A stretch of 64,000 nucleotides of DNA from contig NC_043009.1 in assembly GCF_006345805.1 (NCBI RefSeq), forward strand, positions 48,422,001 to 48,486,000, given 5' to 3'. Below, in pieces: positions 12,285 through 26,346 of this stretch (positions are counted from its first letter, which is position 1; every line of letters begins with the position of its first letter). The position numbers and the translations under genes are program-made. Origin of the DNA: Octopus sinensis. Taxonomy: Eukaryota. Below the pieces are notes generated by a model. It was given only the letters and a program-made list of their open reading frames with translations. It was not told the origin of the DNA and did not search any database.

Positions 12285-12716
12285 CAACCGAATATCTTTA
12301 TTCATCACCACCACCATTATTTGTACGACTGCATATTACCTACCCATACTATCGATATACAGCCTTACAATCAACACCAACAGCACTGCCATGTGTACCA
12401 ATGAAGTCACATGCACGAATATCATCTCCAGTACAGCACCACGTCAGCCGCCACCAAAGCCATTGTCATATGTTCTTCCAATGTAACCATCAATGCCATC
12501 ACCACTACAGCCGCCGCCTGCATCGAGGCTACATGTTCTACTCAATAACAACCCCCAATACCTTCACAACTACCAACACTACATCCACCACCAACATCAT
12601 CATCACATGTAACTGGTACTTCGTCGGTTACCACAACGAGTGTTCCGGTTGATCCGAAGAATAAAAAGTAATATATACATACATACATAGATACATACCT
12701 ACCTACATGTATATTA

Positions 12717-12771
<55 letters not shown>

Positions 12772-12790
12772 TGTGTGTGTGTGTATCTTA

Positions 12791-12993
12791 AAATCTTTGA
12801 AGTGTTTAAGCTACAAAGCTGCGGTCATGCTGGGGCGCAAACTTTGGCTGTGCCACACCATTATTTGAAAACTCCTCTAATATGTGGAATTTGGTGAATG
12901 AGGAGTTTGATGCAGCTGCCCTCATCTGTGTATACGTGCGTTTATGTGTGTATATGTAATATGTGTTTGCTATATACAATGGATTCAGAAATA
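12791..12993 (+). repeat. Second copy of block 9935-10280 (shorter)
   Basis: See 9935-10280. Confidence 0.75.
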
Positions 12994-13004
12994 AATGAAC
13001 AGTA

Positions 13005-13635
13005 CGCTCGTGAAATTAACGTGCAAGTGGCTGAATACTCCACAAACACGCGTACCCTTAAAGTATTTCTCGGGGAGATTCAGCATGACACATAATGTCA
13101 GGCTGAATACAGGTGCTGCTCGTTTTAACCAGCTGAGTGAACTGGAGTAACATGAAATAAATTGTGTTGGCCAAGGGGATAACACGCGGCCGGGAATTGA
13201 ACTCACGACCTTTCGATGGTGATATGAATAGCCTAACCACTAAACCATGCGCCATCACATATGTTACCTGAGTGACAACCACTAATACCATCATGAACAC
13301 CAACACTACATTCACCACTACCACCACCATCATCATATATAAATGGTACTTCGTCGGCTACGACGAAGAAGGTTGAAGTTGATCCGACCAATGGAACAGA
13401 CCGCTCGTGAAAATAACGTGCAAGTGGCTGAGTACTCCATAGACAGGCATACCTTTAAGGTAGTTCTCAGGGAAATTCAGTGTAACACGAAATGTGACAA
13501 AGCTGGCCCTTTGAATTACAGGTAAACTCATTATTACCATTTGAGTGAATTGGAGCAACGAGAACAAAAGCATTTTGCAGAAGGACAAATGTTCCGCCGG
13601 GGAGAGACCTCACCACTAACTACTAAGCCACGCGC
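13005..13635 (-). mobile_element. Two adjacent decayed H2/T1 SINE copies (about 13005-13255 and 13343-13635)
   Basis: Both carry gaaattaacgtgcaagtggctga and gaactggagcaac...gaactcac segments. Confidence 0.75.
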
Positions 13636-13839
13636 TTTCGCCAACCACTACCAACACTAAATCCACAACCAACATCACTATTAGATATACCACCAGAATA
13701 ACAACCATCACTACCATCACCATCATTACAGTAGTAGTTAATATCCTATAACAGTTACCCATATTACAAGACGCACTGTCTGTAGCTATAAATTAAAACT
13801 GTAGCGTACACTGTCCCAATAGAACCGCTATAAGAATCT

Positions 13840-14255
13840 TATGTCTTTACTGCCCACAAGGGGTTACACACAGAGGGGACAAACAAGGACAGACAAACGG
13901 ATTAAGTCGATTATATCGACCCCAGTGCGTAACTGATATTTAATTTATCGACCCCGAAAGGATGAAAGGCAAAGCCGACCTGGGCGGAATTCGAACTCAG
14001 AACGTAACGGCAGACAAAATACCTATTTCTTTACTAACCACAAGGGGCTAAACACAGAGAGGACAAACAAGGACAGACAAACGGATTAAGTCGATTATAT
14101 CGACCCCAGTGCGTAACTGGTACTTATTTAATCGACCCCGAAAGGATGAAAGGCAAAATCGAGCTCGGCGGAATTTGAACTAAGAACGTAGCGGCAGACG
14201 AAATACCGCTAAGCATTTCGTCCGGCGTGCTATCGTTTCTGCCAGCTCGCCGCCT
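13840..14255 (-). mobile_element. Family-A SINE dimer flanked by an 11-bp TSD
   Basis: TATAAGAATCT at 13829-13839 and 14256-14266. Internal junction aatacc|tatttc at 14023/14024. Confidence 0.9.
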
Positions 14256-14309
14256 TATAAGAATCTGTTACAGATTGCAGATCACATCTAGTTGCATGAC
14301 CGGAAACAA

Positions 14310-15810
14310 CGACCACGACATCAGCCATAAAACCACAATGAAAATTACTCTATCACCACGACGACGATCACGACGACCATCATCACTATCACTGCTACCA
14401 TTATTATCATCATCACCATCAATATCATAAACAAAAAGCAATCAGCATCATTACTACAACCACCACCACCACCAATAACAACAACAACATCAACACCACC
14501 ACCACCACCACCGCCACCACCACCGCCACCAGAACTAACACCACTACCACCGCCACTACCAACACCACTACCACCACCACCACCACCACCACCAGCACTA
14601 CCACCACCACCACCCCCACCAACACCACCGCCACAACAACGGCCACAATCACAAAAACAAATACCATCATTCGCAGTAACAACAACAACAACAAGGCCAC
14701 CAGCAGTGACAACCTCCATTCCTATCACCACCACTACTATTACCACCACCACCATCACCTCCACCATCACCACCACCACCAACAACAACAACAACGAACA
14801 CCACCGCTATCACCGCCAACATCAAAACCAACGACCGCCTAGAACCATCAAAACCACTACCCCTACCACCCTTACCATCAACACTGTAATCTCAACTACT
14901 ACCACTGCCATCACCATCACCACCACGACCACAACCACCAGCATCCCCAGCGGCACTATCATCGACAGAAGCGTCTGCATGTACCCAACCATTGATGTCA
15001 ATGTAATCACAGATATCACCACCGCCATCAATACAGCAATGATCATCTTCTTCACTGCCACCAATACGACGACGACCACGACGACCATCACCACCACCAT
15101 CACCACCACCAGCAAGAAGAAGAACAACAAGAACCACAGCAATAACAAAAAACAACAAGAACCACGCAAACGACAAATCAACGAGCAAGACCAGCAGTGC
15201 CGACGGCGACACTACCGATACCACCAACACCGGCACCACCACCGCTACCGCCAACATCAACAGCATCAGCAGCAACAACAACAACAACAACAACAACAAC
15301 AGTATATCAACCACGAAAACTACTGGCATCCAAAAGAACAACGCCAGTACCACCACTGACACCAAAACAACGACCATCACCACGACCACCACCGCCACCA
15401 CAACCACCACCACCACTAATACCACCAACACCACCACCACCACCACCACCATCACCACCACCAACACAACCACCACAAATATCTCAAACACCAACATCAA
15501 CACCACCTTCACTAACATCACCACCACCACCGCTAACAGCACCACCACCACCACAATCACCACCATCACCCCCACCATCATCACCACCACCAACACAACT
15601 ACCACAAATACCTCAAACACCAACATCAACACCACCACAACCACCAACAACACCTCCAACACAAACATTACCCCCGCCACCATCACTACCACCACAACAA
15701 CCACTACCACCACCACCACCACCACAACCACAACCACCACCACCACCACCACAACCCTCTCCACCACCACCACCACCACCAGCATTACCATAACTGGCAT
15801 CAACAAGCAG
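14310..15810. repeat. 1.5-kb cryptic (ACC/AAC/ATC)n low-complexity tract
   Basis: A+C-rich on the + strand. Long ORFs on both strands are explained by the few stop codons such composition can form. Confidence 0.85.
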
Positions 15811-16639
15811 AAAAATCAAAACACGAACAAATTACAAAAAACAAAAAAAAAAAGAAAGACAACAATACGATTAAACCTTGCCATCAGTATTCATGAATCT
15901 AAATATGCAAATATGATGCAGTGTTTGTGAAGAGATAGAGAGAACAAAAGACCAATGTTTTCGCAAGTGAACATTTTCTTCCTTATAAAACCGAAGAGCT
16001 CTTGCAAGTTTTCATAAAATTTCTGGTTTTAATATTCAATGCAAATTGCTTTAAAATGTTTCACTACTGTGTGACGCCATAACTGATAAATGTATCAATG
16101 AGAAGAGAAGTTTCGAGAAAGATGAAGATTAGCACAGGACACTTCAACATAAAGTTGCTACGGAATAAATATATGTTGTGTTTTGTTTTTGTTTTTGTTT
16201 TATGTATATTATTTTGTATGTAATGTTGCTGGTGTTTTCCATATGACATTCAAAGAATATCTGTTACCAGTTCTCCAATATCTGACAGTTACGTAAAGAG
16301 AAATATTGCATAGAATTATATCTTGGCCTAAGAGAGAAAAAAATACTTGAATTTCATTGGGTTTACACAAGATACTGTACGTGTATGCGTGTGTGTGTGA
16401 GAGAGAGAGAAAGAGAAAGAGAGAGAAAAAGAGAAATAGATAAAAAGAAGTGTACGTGTGCATGTGTGTGCGTGTTACTTTAAAACTAAGGGCCAGGAAG
16501 CCAAGAAACTATGGTGGTCCTCTATGGAAGAAACTTGTCTTCAGGCGTTTGGATACTACTCACAACTATGGTCACCACATAATATCAAAGGAATAAAGAA
16601 CTCCAAGCAATTCAATAGTGCTACACCAAGAAGATTGGT

Positions 16640-16990
16640 ACTGTGAAATGTTAAAAGACTGAAGCGACGAGAGAAAACATATGAAGTAATATGCATTTCG
16701 GAGACCCGAGAGAGGATGGCACCGAATCAGAAGTTATAACTCTCCCGAGAAAGACACCGTTGTATAGTGCCAAAGGGCCCAGCCACAATGTCTTGGCTAA
16801 GAATCTGGTACTGCAATACGTTGGGTTCGATTTCAAGGGTCCAGAGCTGTTTAATATCTTGCTAAAGTTCCTGTGGGATCTACGCGCATCAGGGTAAGAT
16901 ATCTTAAAGAAGTACGGTGACCGTCCGCTGTCCAAATAGTGGCTTGCCTGTCAACGATGTATGTACGTTAAGTACGATACAGAGACGACC
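16640..16990 (+). mobile_element. Possible decayed LINE apurinic-endonuclease remnant
   Basis: One frame reads NVKRLKRREKTYEVICISETR (compare APE N-terminal NV...ETR/W), with VGF downstream; stops and frameshifts present. Weak. Confidence 0.3.
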
Positions 16991-17209
16991 AATGGCTATT
17001 GTAATTCATTGGTGCTTCAAATGCGTGAGAACGCATACGCACACACACACACATACACACACACACACACATACACGCACATATACACATATGACAAAAT
17101 GGTAAGGATAAATATGAGATGCTATAATCAGTGACAATGAGACAGAGTCATCCACAAAAATTTAAAAACCCTGTGTGTTCTGAATCAATACATAATAATA
17201 AAACCTTCT

Positions 17210-17420
17210 GGTGGCGAGCTAGCAGAATGGTTAGCACGCTGGGGAAAATAGTTAGCAGCATTTCGTCCGTCTTTACGTTCTGAGTTCAAATTCTGCCGAG
17301 GTCGACTTTGACTTTCATGCTTGCGGGGTCGATAAATTAAGTACCAGTTGAAAACTGGGGTCAATATAATCAACTTACACCCTTCCTCGAACTTGTAGCT
17401 TTGTATCAAAAATTGAAATA
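17210..17420 (+). mobile_element. Family-A SINE (tail ii)
   Basis: Head ggtggcgagctagcagaat and central motif match the other copies. Confidence 0.85.
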
Positions 17421-19110
17421 AATATATAGTCAAACTAACTGATTTTCTTCATTGGGTTAATACCACATATTTATACTTGAGAGACCTGCATACTCTATTA
17501 GATAATATTGCTTGACATACTTGCAACGGATTCATATTAAAATACTAGTATGTATAACATTTTACAGTATACAGCTGTGAAACGGCATCACTTATTGTTT
17601 ATTTCTCAGTGAAATATACCAAAAAGTATTTTACAAACACCAGCTTTCGCTCAGAACCCCGGTGTCTCGGTATGATTTGGTCTCTTCAGATTGCTGTTTG
17701 TCCACGGTGCATAGTTGAAAAGTGAATTTAATAGGAATGGAAATTCACGTCATGTTGCCGAGGTACTACGTTAAATATTTCTAAACAGTTACTTCATTGC
17801 TTTATTGTACAAGACAGTTCCTTTTCAATTATAGATTTATGCCTTGTTATCCATTAAAGTTCCATTATGTAAATAACAACTAGATTTTGTGTTCGATATT
17901 CAGTTCAAATACTTCACCCGTGTGGACATATTAAACAAAATCGTAGTTGTAATTCAATTCATAATCATGTCGCACCAGGATTAATCTTACCACGAGATAC
18001 GTTGGTCAGTAGGCTCCTATAATAGCCTCTAGTCGCATCAAGCTTTGTTAGAGAGATCTCGTCGAAGAAATAGGTTGTGATTGCTCACTGAATAGACTGC
18101 AAAGCACTCTTAACGTCACCTTGTGGCACACCACCGTCTAAAACGTGACTGATTTTAGCAGACTCATTCTGGTACAAGGCTTCAGAGCATAGCTTCGGTG
18201 AAGAAAATATCACTATATTCCTCCCTCTTTTTTTTCTGCCAGTCTGATAGCTCATGCAATAAAGGTCACGACCAAACTATCAACAAGCCATTCTGAGTTC
18301 AAACTTTATCAAGGTCGTTTATGATTCTTTACTTGTCGTCTAAATCGAGGATCTATCAGTTAATTACAAAATATAGAAGGTCAATAAATTGAGTCATAGT
18401 TCTCCTTTAAAGAAAATAATAATAATAATAATATTAATAATAATAATGATAATAAAAATAATAATAAAATAATAATAATAATCTCCTCGTGATAAATAAA
18501 AAGCACATACAAAAATCAATAATTACATGATCAGACATTTTGGATCTAAAATTGATTAATAAATTGCCAAGTGCCAGATTTTTTTTCTATAATTCTTACG
18601 TATTTTTTGTTTGTGAAATAAGAAGCTTATAAATAATGCCACAAGGAACATTAATTCTGTAAGCAGACAAATAAGTTTTACTTTGGTGGCAGTCAGTCTT
18701 CTGTTTATTTAATCAAATAACAGAAGTGGTGGCGCTGGTAGTGACGGTGTGTCGTGGGTGAGTGGATGGGTGTTTTGGATTATGTGCCCGAACACATAAA
18801 CACATAGGAACAGACATTTTCACATTCTCACATTCTCTCATGTAAACATTCACACGCCTGCATACATGCAGAGCACATATACCTACCTAAATACATACAT
18901 TTCGTGTGTGTGTGTGTGTGTCCGCGCGAGCGCGTATGTGTGAATGAGTGAGTGAGTGTGTGTGTGTGTCTATGTGTGTGTTTGTGTGTTTGAGAGAACG
19001 AGATAGATTGATAGATAGATAGATAAATATATACATAAGTACATACATGCATACACACACATATATATATATGTATATTTGCGTGCGCATATGAGTATAA
19101 GTGTATATAT

Positions 19111-19152
<42 letters not shown>

Positions 19153-19439
19153 CATACACACACGAATGCGCACTCATATATGCATACACACACAGAGAAG
19201 CGTCTGTGTTAGTGTATGTGTGCGTGTATAATAAATCAAAAATGCTTTTAGAAATTTTCAACCAAAATTCTCTCAGATTATTTATATTTAAATTCTAAAC
19301 AGCTAAAGATTATTTAGTAAATATATTGGCTGTCCTATTTATTACATTTATTGAACCCAAACTGGTTCAATCATTAGCATATGACCACGACTGATTCCAG
19401 GACCAATATTTTGCAGCTTGTCCTAGCATCATAGTTTGG

Positions 19440-19860
19440 ATACAGATCACCTCTAAGATCAGAGAGAGCCTCATACGTCCTTAAAGGCCAAGATCGGGCA
19501 GCTAGTTTCTGGAATGTCTTCAGGCACTCACCGCCCTCTACAAGTCGAGCGATGCAATCGGTTCTAGGTTAGCTATATGTAGAAATATATCAGTGTGTAA
19601 TCGCGATGACTCTCGACGGAAATTGTAGACGTCTGTATGGATGTAGTAGATAGTTTGTTACGGATTTGTTTCGGGCCTGTAACTACTATGGATAACTTAC
19701 AAAAATCTCTGGCCTGACAGAACTATCGAGGAACACTGAAATAAGCACCAGAGGCACGGAGATGCGCACAAAGCGACGAAGCAATTCTGCATGCACTCGT
19801 CCAGTGCCCAAGTGTTGCTGACTTTTGGAGTTATGTTGAACAGCTGTTATCACCAGTAAC
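19440..19860 (+). mobile_element. Tx1/L1-like LINE ORF2 3' fragment (degenerate)
   Basis: Frameshifted MDNLQKSLA*QNYRGTL...RHG/RCAQSDEAILHALVQCPSVADFWSYVEQLL is a C-terminal CCHC-type knuckle (CxxC-x-ET-x2-H-x4-C...W); the first Cys is lost in a deletion. Confidence 0.6.
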
Positions 19861-20230
19861 ATTTTAATAATCATCATCATCTTCATTATCGGCGTCGTAG
19901 TCGACCTCATCATTATCCTCATCACCACCACCACCACCATCCTCCCTCTCCTTCTCCTCTTCCTCATCATCTTCGGCAGCAGCAGCAGCAGTTGTAGCAT
20001 CATTAGCATCATTAAGATAATTACAGAATATTAATGAAGTTGAAGTTTTAGATCAATGTAAAAGATTGATGATTAAATAAAGGTCTATACTATCACTTTA
20101 TTAGGAGAGTATATCACGTGTACACATACATAGGTACGTATATATGTATGTATACATGTATATGCCCATATATGTGTGTATGTACATTGAGTATATGGGT
20201 GTTTTGTATTATATGTATGTCCCTAAATTG

Positions 20231-20550
20231 TGAAGGCGTGTGGCTTAGTGGTTAGGGCATCGGCTCACGATTGTAAGGTCGTGAGTTCGATTCCCGGCGA
20301 CGCGTTGTGTCTTTGAGCAAGACACTTTATTTCACGTTGCTCCAGTCCACTTAGGTGGCAAAAATGAGTTGTACCTCAATTACAAAGAGCCGGCCTTGTC
20401 ACACTGTGTCACGCGGAATCTCCCAGAGAACTACGCTAGAGCTACGCGTGTCTGTGGATTGCTCAGTCACTTGCACGTTAATTTCACGAGCAGACTGTTC
20501 CGTTGATCGTATCAGCTGGGACCCTCATCGTCGTAACCGACGGAGTGCTC
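20231..20550 (+). mobile_element. Full-length tRNA-derived SINE, H2 head + T1 tail
   Basis: tggcttagtgg A-box, gagttcgattcc B-box, central tgtgtctttgagcaagacact (CORE/V-like motif), tail ending gacggagtgctcc. Confidence 0.85.
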
Positions 20551-21235
20551 CTATGTCTCTAAATAAAAGTGTCACTTCATGTACATATATTTAGGTATAG
20601 CTGCACGCGCATACGGTAGTTGTATATTTATCAATGTCGGAAGTCCTCGGTGCAATCTGAATTGGTATTATATGAATTTTAAATAAGTAAAACGAAAAAA
20701 CATTATATAATAACGAAAAATGTCTAAGAATAAAGAAACACCGCAACGGATTTTATTTGCTCTTAAATCCACTCAGCCAGTTCACCAGGGAAATCTTCCT
20801 GTGTAAGAAAGAGATCAACAGCTGTATTGTGTCTTAGAATAAACCTGTCAGGTCCCATAATATACCGACAATTAGACACGCAGTCAGGTCCCAGAATATA
20901 CCTACAATTAGAGCGAATCCCTTTCATATTTTTGTTCATGCTCGTTCAGAAATGAGGTCCCATATATTAGTCTGCAGTTAATAATATTTTACGGAGATGT
21001 ACTTGCATAGCAAGTGACTTGATCTGAGATCGTGTGCTGGAACGGAAACAACTGCAGCGTGGAAGGTGTTTATAAGCCATTTAAGAAACACACAAAAACC
21101 GTTAGATTCACTTCAACATTTAAATTTAATTTGTCAAAATATTTTTGTCGTTTTGCGACCGCAACCTGTTCACTGACAGAATTCCGTGCTGCATCTGAGA
21201 AAGTAACAGTTATTTGTTTTATTCCTATAACATAA

Positions 21236-21998
21236 GGCGGCGTCTGGTGAAGAGGTTAGCAAGTCTGGCAACTTGCTAAGCGGCATTTCGTCCGTCTTTA
21301 CATTCTGAGTTCAAATACAGCTGAGCTCGACTTTGCCCTTCGTCATCCGAGATCGTTAAAGTAAGTACCAGTAGAACACTGGGATTGATATAATCGATTT
21401 AACCAACTCCCACGAAATTGCTGGCCTTGTGCCAAAGATTTGAAACCGAGGATATATTTTTGTAAGTCGGTGAGCTGGCAGAAACGTTAGCAGATCGGAC
21501 AAAACGCTAAGTAGCATTTCGTCCGATTTACGTTCTGAGTTTAAATTCCGCCGAGGTCGACTTCGCATCTCGTCCCTTCGGAGTCTATTAAATTAGTACC
21601 AGTTGTGTACGGGGTTCGGTGTAATAGACTATCCCCGGGTTCAAAATGTCATGCCTTATGCTTATGGTTGAGAAACAGTTGTTCTTATAGCTCATTAACG
21701 TCATGTTGCTAATGTTTTATGGAATAATTTTTCTTACTTTGCGAGTTAGAGCCAGTTATTTCTTCTTTCTTTTTGTTTTTTTAATATAACCTGACGGATG
21801 AGACGGCGAGCTGGCAGAAACGTTAGGACGCCGGGCAAAATGCTTAGCGGCATTTCGTCTGACTTTGCGTTCTGAGTTCAAATTCCGCTGAGGTCGACTT
21901 TGGAGTCGATAAATTAAGTATTTTTTGCGTACTGGGGTCGATCTAATCGACTTCTCCCCTCCCACCAAATTTCGTGCCTTGTGCCTAGAGAAGAAAAG
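21236..21998 (+). mobile_element. Three tandem same-orientation family-A SINEs (about 21236-21450, 21468-21680, 21803-21998)
   Basis: Three repeats of the head and ttctgagttcaaat...gaggtcgactt. Confidence 0.85.
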
Positions 21999-22022
21999 AA
22001 TATAACCTGATGGATGAATGTT

Positions 22023-22245
22023 GTGGAGGCGATTAGTAGTTAAAGTGTTGGACTCATGATCGTAAGATTGTGGTTTCGATTCCGAGACGGGGCCATGCAT
22101 TCTGTTTTTGAGCAAAACACTTCATTTCACATTGTACCAGTCCCCTCAGCTGGTAAAAATGACTAACCCTGTGACGGACTAGCGTCCCATCCAGGAAAAA
22201 GATATACGCTAGAGAAAGCGTGAAACAAGCACTATGCTCCTTATG
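22023..22245 (+). mobile_element. SINE with H2 head and V-domain-like tail
   Basis: H2-type head and body, then aaccctgtgacggactagcgtcccatccagg, which resembles the V-SINE conserved motif (recall). Confidence 0.6.
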
Positions 22246-22482
22246 GAGTAATGTGTGCACTAATCAAATTAGGTGAATATCCGAATCTAGTTAAAATATA
22301 TTCTGAATTATGTACATTCATATTAAGCAATTTTTATTTTCACCAATCATGTGTATAAAGCGGGTAGGTTCAAATAATGTTAACGTAAAATATCTTAATC
22401 GATATCGTTTCTAATGGTCTCTTTATCTTCAGATACATATATACATATATACATACATACATACATACATATATCTATATAT

Positions 22483-22543
<61 letters not shown>

Positions 22544-23061
22544 TATATATATATATATATATGTATGTACATGTAGCCGAAATTGCAAAGATAATCTGAA
22601 ACTCGATTCAGGATAGAAAACTCCGAATGATCTGTCCCTGTTTTGATTGTATCGCCTGCCTGGATATTTTGTTTTCCTTTTTTTGTTTCACCTAACTGTC
22701 TGGGTGTTTTGCGTTCTTGTCCCATTTTTGTAATATATATATATATATATATTCATGTTTCATTAGACAAAACGGTAACGTTCATGTATGAGAAATGCTT
22801 CAAAGTTGGGTATTGGAAAAACGAGGTAGAATTAAGAAGCGATCAAATTCTCTTTCATTCAAGGATTGAAGGTATCGGGCAGGGTTAGTAAAATTTAAAT
22901 GTCTTTTCTTCTGTTTATCGAGGAAGATTTTTATCAAAAAAACGCTGGGATTTTGCTCGTGAAGAACGAAACCATCGATGCACTCATGCATACATAATAT
23001 ACAAACATAGATACATATATATATATATAATATATATATATATTATATATATATATATATA

Positions 23062-23271
23062 CAGGGTGTCCCAGAAGTTGCGCATCACCCTGCTTTTAAT
23101 AAAAGAATACATCATTATTGATTTCAAAAACACTTTATTGAAATTAATCGTAACAAATGCTCAAATTGAGGACCCTCTACAATAAAATATGCAGAAAAAA
23201 TATTGTAAAATAAAATGCTTTAATTATTTTTAATGAAAACCAGAATGGTGCGCGTCTTCTGGGACACCCTG
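23062..23271. mobile_element. Tc1/mariner-type MITE (210 bp) in (TA)n
   Basis: TIRs CAGGGTGTCCCAGAAGTTGCGCATCA and TGGTGCGCGTCTTCTGGGACACCCTG (3 mismatches in 26). TA on the left; the right flank reads TG. Confidence 0.85.
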
Positions 23272-23288
23272 TGTATATATACATGTAT

Positions 23289-23358
<70 letters not shown>

Positions 23359-24049
23359 TATATATATATATATACAGATATATATATATATATATGTGTG
23401 TATATGTAATATATACATAGTCACACTTGCACATGTATGTATACGCATTTACCAGGACAGATTCACATTTAGATATATATAAATACATATGCACGAGCAA
23501 AGATATACAGTTTTGTGTATGTATAGATGTGGGTATATGTACTTATGTATATGTATATAAATGTAAATAAATATATAATATATATATATATATATATATA
23601 ATATATATATATAATATATATATATATATTGTAACATGTATGTATGCGCATGCATGCACACATATTATACATACATGTATACATATATACATATATATGT
23701 ATGTATAGATATTTATATAATATAACAATGGTTGTGTGCATAAGTGTGTATGGGTGTTAAATGTTGAGAGAGCGAGATAGAGAGCGCGAGAGAAAGAGAA
23801 ACAGGGAGGAATATATGGAAAGAGAGACACACTCTCAGAGAAACATAGTTAGAAAGAGAGAAAGCTGGGTATTAGCATGTTTAGTAATTATATTGTGTCA
23901 TAAAACCTGCAGCCAAGTGTAATTGTCTGCTCATCATCACGAAACACACCTCCACGTTAACCTACCTCCATACTGGTTGTGCAATTACTAGCTCTATAAT
24001 TACCATTCCACATATGATAGGGAGACACCAATGACAACAGCTGTACTAT

Positions 24050-24217
24050 TAACAACAGCAATTAACTGCGACAATTAACAGGAAGGAAGACATTTCCAAC
24101 AGCATTGACAATGAAGAAAAATGAAAACAACTGCAACAACAACAAACAAGGACTACAACTAAAATTCGCGCGAAGATAACAAAAACAACAACAGCATCGA
24201 CGAATATAAGCATAAGA

Positions 24218-24248
<31 letters not shown>

Positions 24249-24391
24249 TAATAATAATAATAATAATAATAGTAGTAGTATTATTAATAATAATAATAAT
24301 AATAATGATAATAATAATAATAATGATAATAATAATAATAATAGTAATAATAGTAATAAAATAATAATAATAATAATAATAATAGTAATAA

Positions 24392-24441
<50 letters not shown>

Positions 24442-24670
24442 GAATAATAATAATAATAATAGTAGTAGTAATAATAATAATAAAATTAATAATAATGATA
24501 ATAATGATAACATCGAGAATGAGGGCGGTTGAGGAAGAAATGGAGGAACACGATGAAAAAAAAATATTCACACTAACAGCAATCAGAATAACAATAATAA
24601 TTATAGAAATAAGAGCAAGAACAACGACAACAACATAAGGTTGCAACGGAATAACAATGAGAAAATTCAT
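24050..24670. repeat. (AAT)n/(AAC)n microsatellite field
   Basis: Directly visible. Confidence 0.9.
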
Positions 24671-24733
24671 AGTAACGGCAGTAACACATTTCTAAAAGAC
24701 GTGTGAAAACAAAATACTAGATATATATATATA

Positions 24734-24780
<47 letters not shown>

Positions 24781-24935
24781 TTGGGTCAGTCCATATGTGT
24801 GTGTGTATTTACATGTAGGTGTATTTACACGTGCACACCTATTTATACGTTTATGCATCCACAAACACACATACATCCACCCACACATATATGTTTATGT
24901 ATACATACATACATATATAAACACACACACTCACG

Positions 24936-24970
<35 letters not shown>

Positions 24971-25074
24971 GAATACATACGTTTGTTTAGATTAGTTAGG
25001 TATACACATATATGTATATATATATACATGCATAGGCATATTTTGATAAAAGGGGAAGACAGACATTTATAATT

Positions 25075-25204
25075 GATAGAGAGATAGGTAAGGAGATAGA
25101 TAGATAAATAGATATATGTTTTAGATAGATAGGGAGTACGACACATATATAAATAGATAGATAGATAGTTAGATAGATAGATAGATAAATAGATAGACAG
25201 GCTT

Positions 25205-25279
<75 letters not shown>

Positions 25280-25420
25280 TACGTGCAGATAGATGGATAT
25301 ATAGATAGATAAATAGATATGTTATAGATAGATGGAGAGACCAACAGATAGATAAGTAGATAGATAGATAGATCGATAGATAGATAGATGGATTCATAGA
25401 TAGATAGATATATAGATCAG
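25075..25420. repeat. (AGAT)n tetranucleotide microsatellite
   Basis: Directly visible. Confidence 0.95.
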
Positions 25421-25775
25421 AAACAGACGAACAGACAAATATATATCATTTCTGTCAAGCACACCTACACTTCCATTGATACAACGCCACACATACCCTC
25501 TCCACTACCTCACAACACACTACACCTCACCCAACGGCATAACTCTCCCAACCAGAGCACACCCACACAGTGGCACACCTCACCACTCCTCTCCAAGCCT
25601 TCACCTCACATCCTTCCCACAGACTTCAGATATGTATTAAATGAGGAAATAGTTTTAGCGAATCAGTATATAATTAAAAGTGATTATTAGAATATTGTCA
25701 AATAAGCTTACGAATTAACATATTTCGATAAATAATTAATTTCATATCACGAATTTTGCTGAAATACATGTGTGC

Positions 25776-25843
<68 letters not shown>

Positions 25844-26161
25844 ATGTGTGTGTCTATGTGTGAGTGTGTGGGAGAGTTTGTAAGCGATCTCTTCAGAGTG
25901 CGCACACGAGTGGTCCAGAATGCGCACGTATTTCTCTCCCTTTATGTATGTATGTATGTATGTGAGTATATATGCTTGCTTGTATGTATGTATTTCTCTC
26001 TGTGTGTGTAAAATGTATTCTATGGAATATGTGTGTAGAATCTTCCAAACAAAGGTTAGTTTACTCGGTACATATAATGGAGGCTGGGTTATTTACCGGT
26101 AATTTCCAGGCATTCAAGATAACGGCGCGTGATTATTTCCATATATATATATATTTTATAC

Positions 26162-26208
<47 letters not shown>

Positions 26209-26237
26209 CATACATATATATATGTGTATATATAAAC

Positions 26238-26346
<109 letters not shown>

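Noticed and set aside
14425-15806. Long Val-, Thr-, Gly- and Pro-rich ORFs (up to 304 aa)
   Set aside because: Translations of a cryptic trinucleotide tract that can form few stop codons; open in several frames at once.
20231-20305. tRNA-like sequences (also 11076, 38340-38410, 56219)
   Set aside because: They continue into SINE bodies and lack a complete acceptor stem, so they are SINE heads rather than tRNA genes.
20990-21185. Possible PLE-type terminal repeat
   Set aside because: Only one copy in the window and no intact diagnostic motif.
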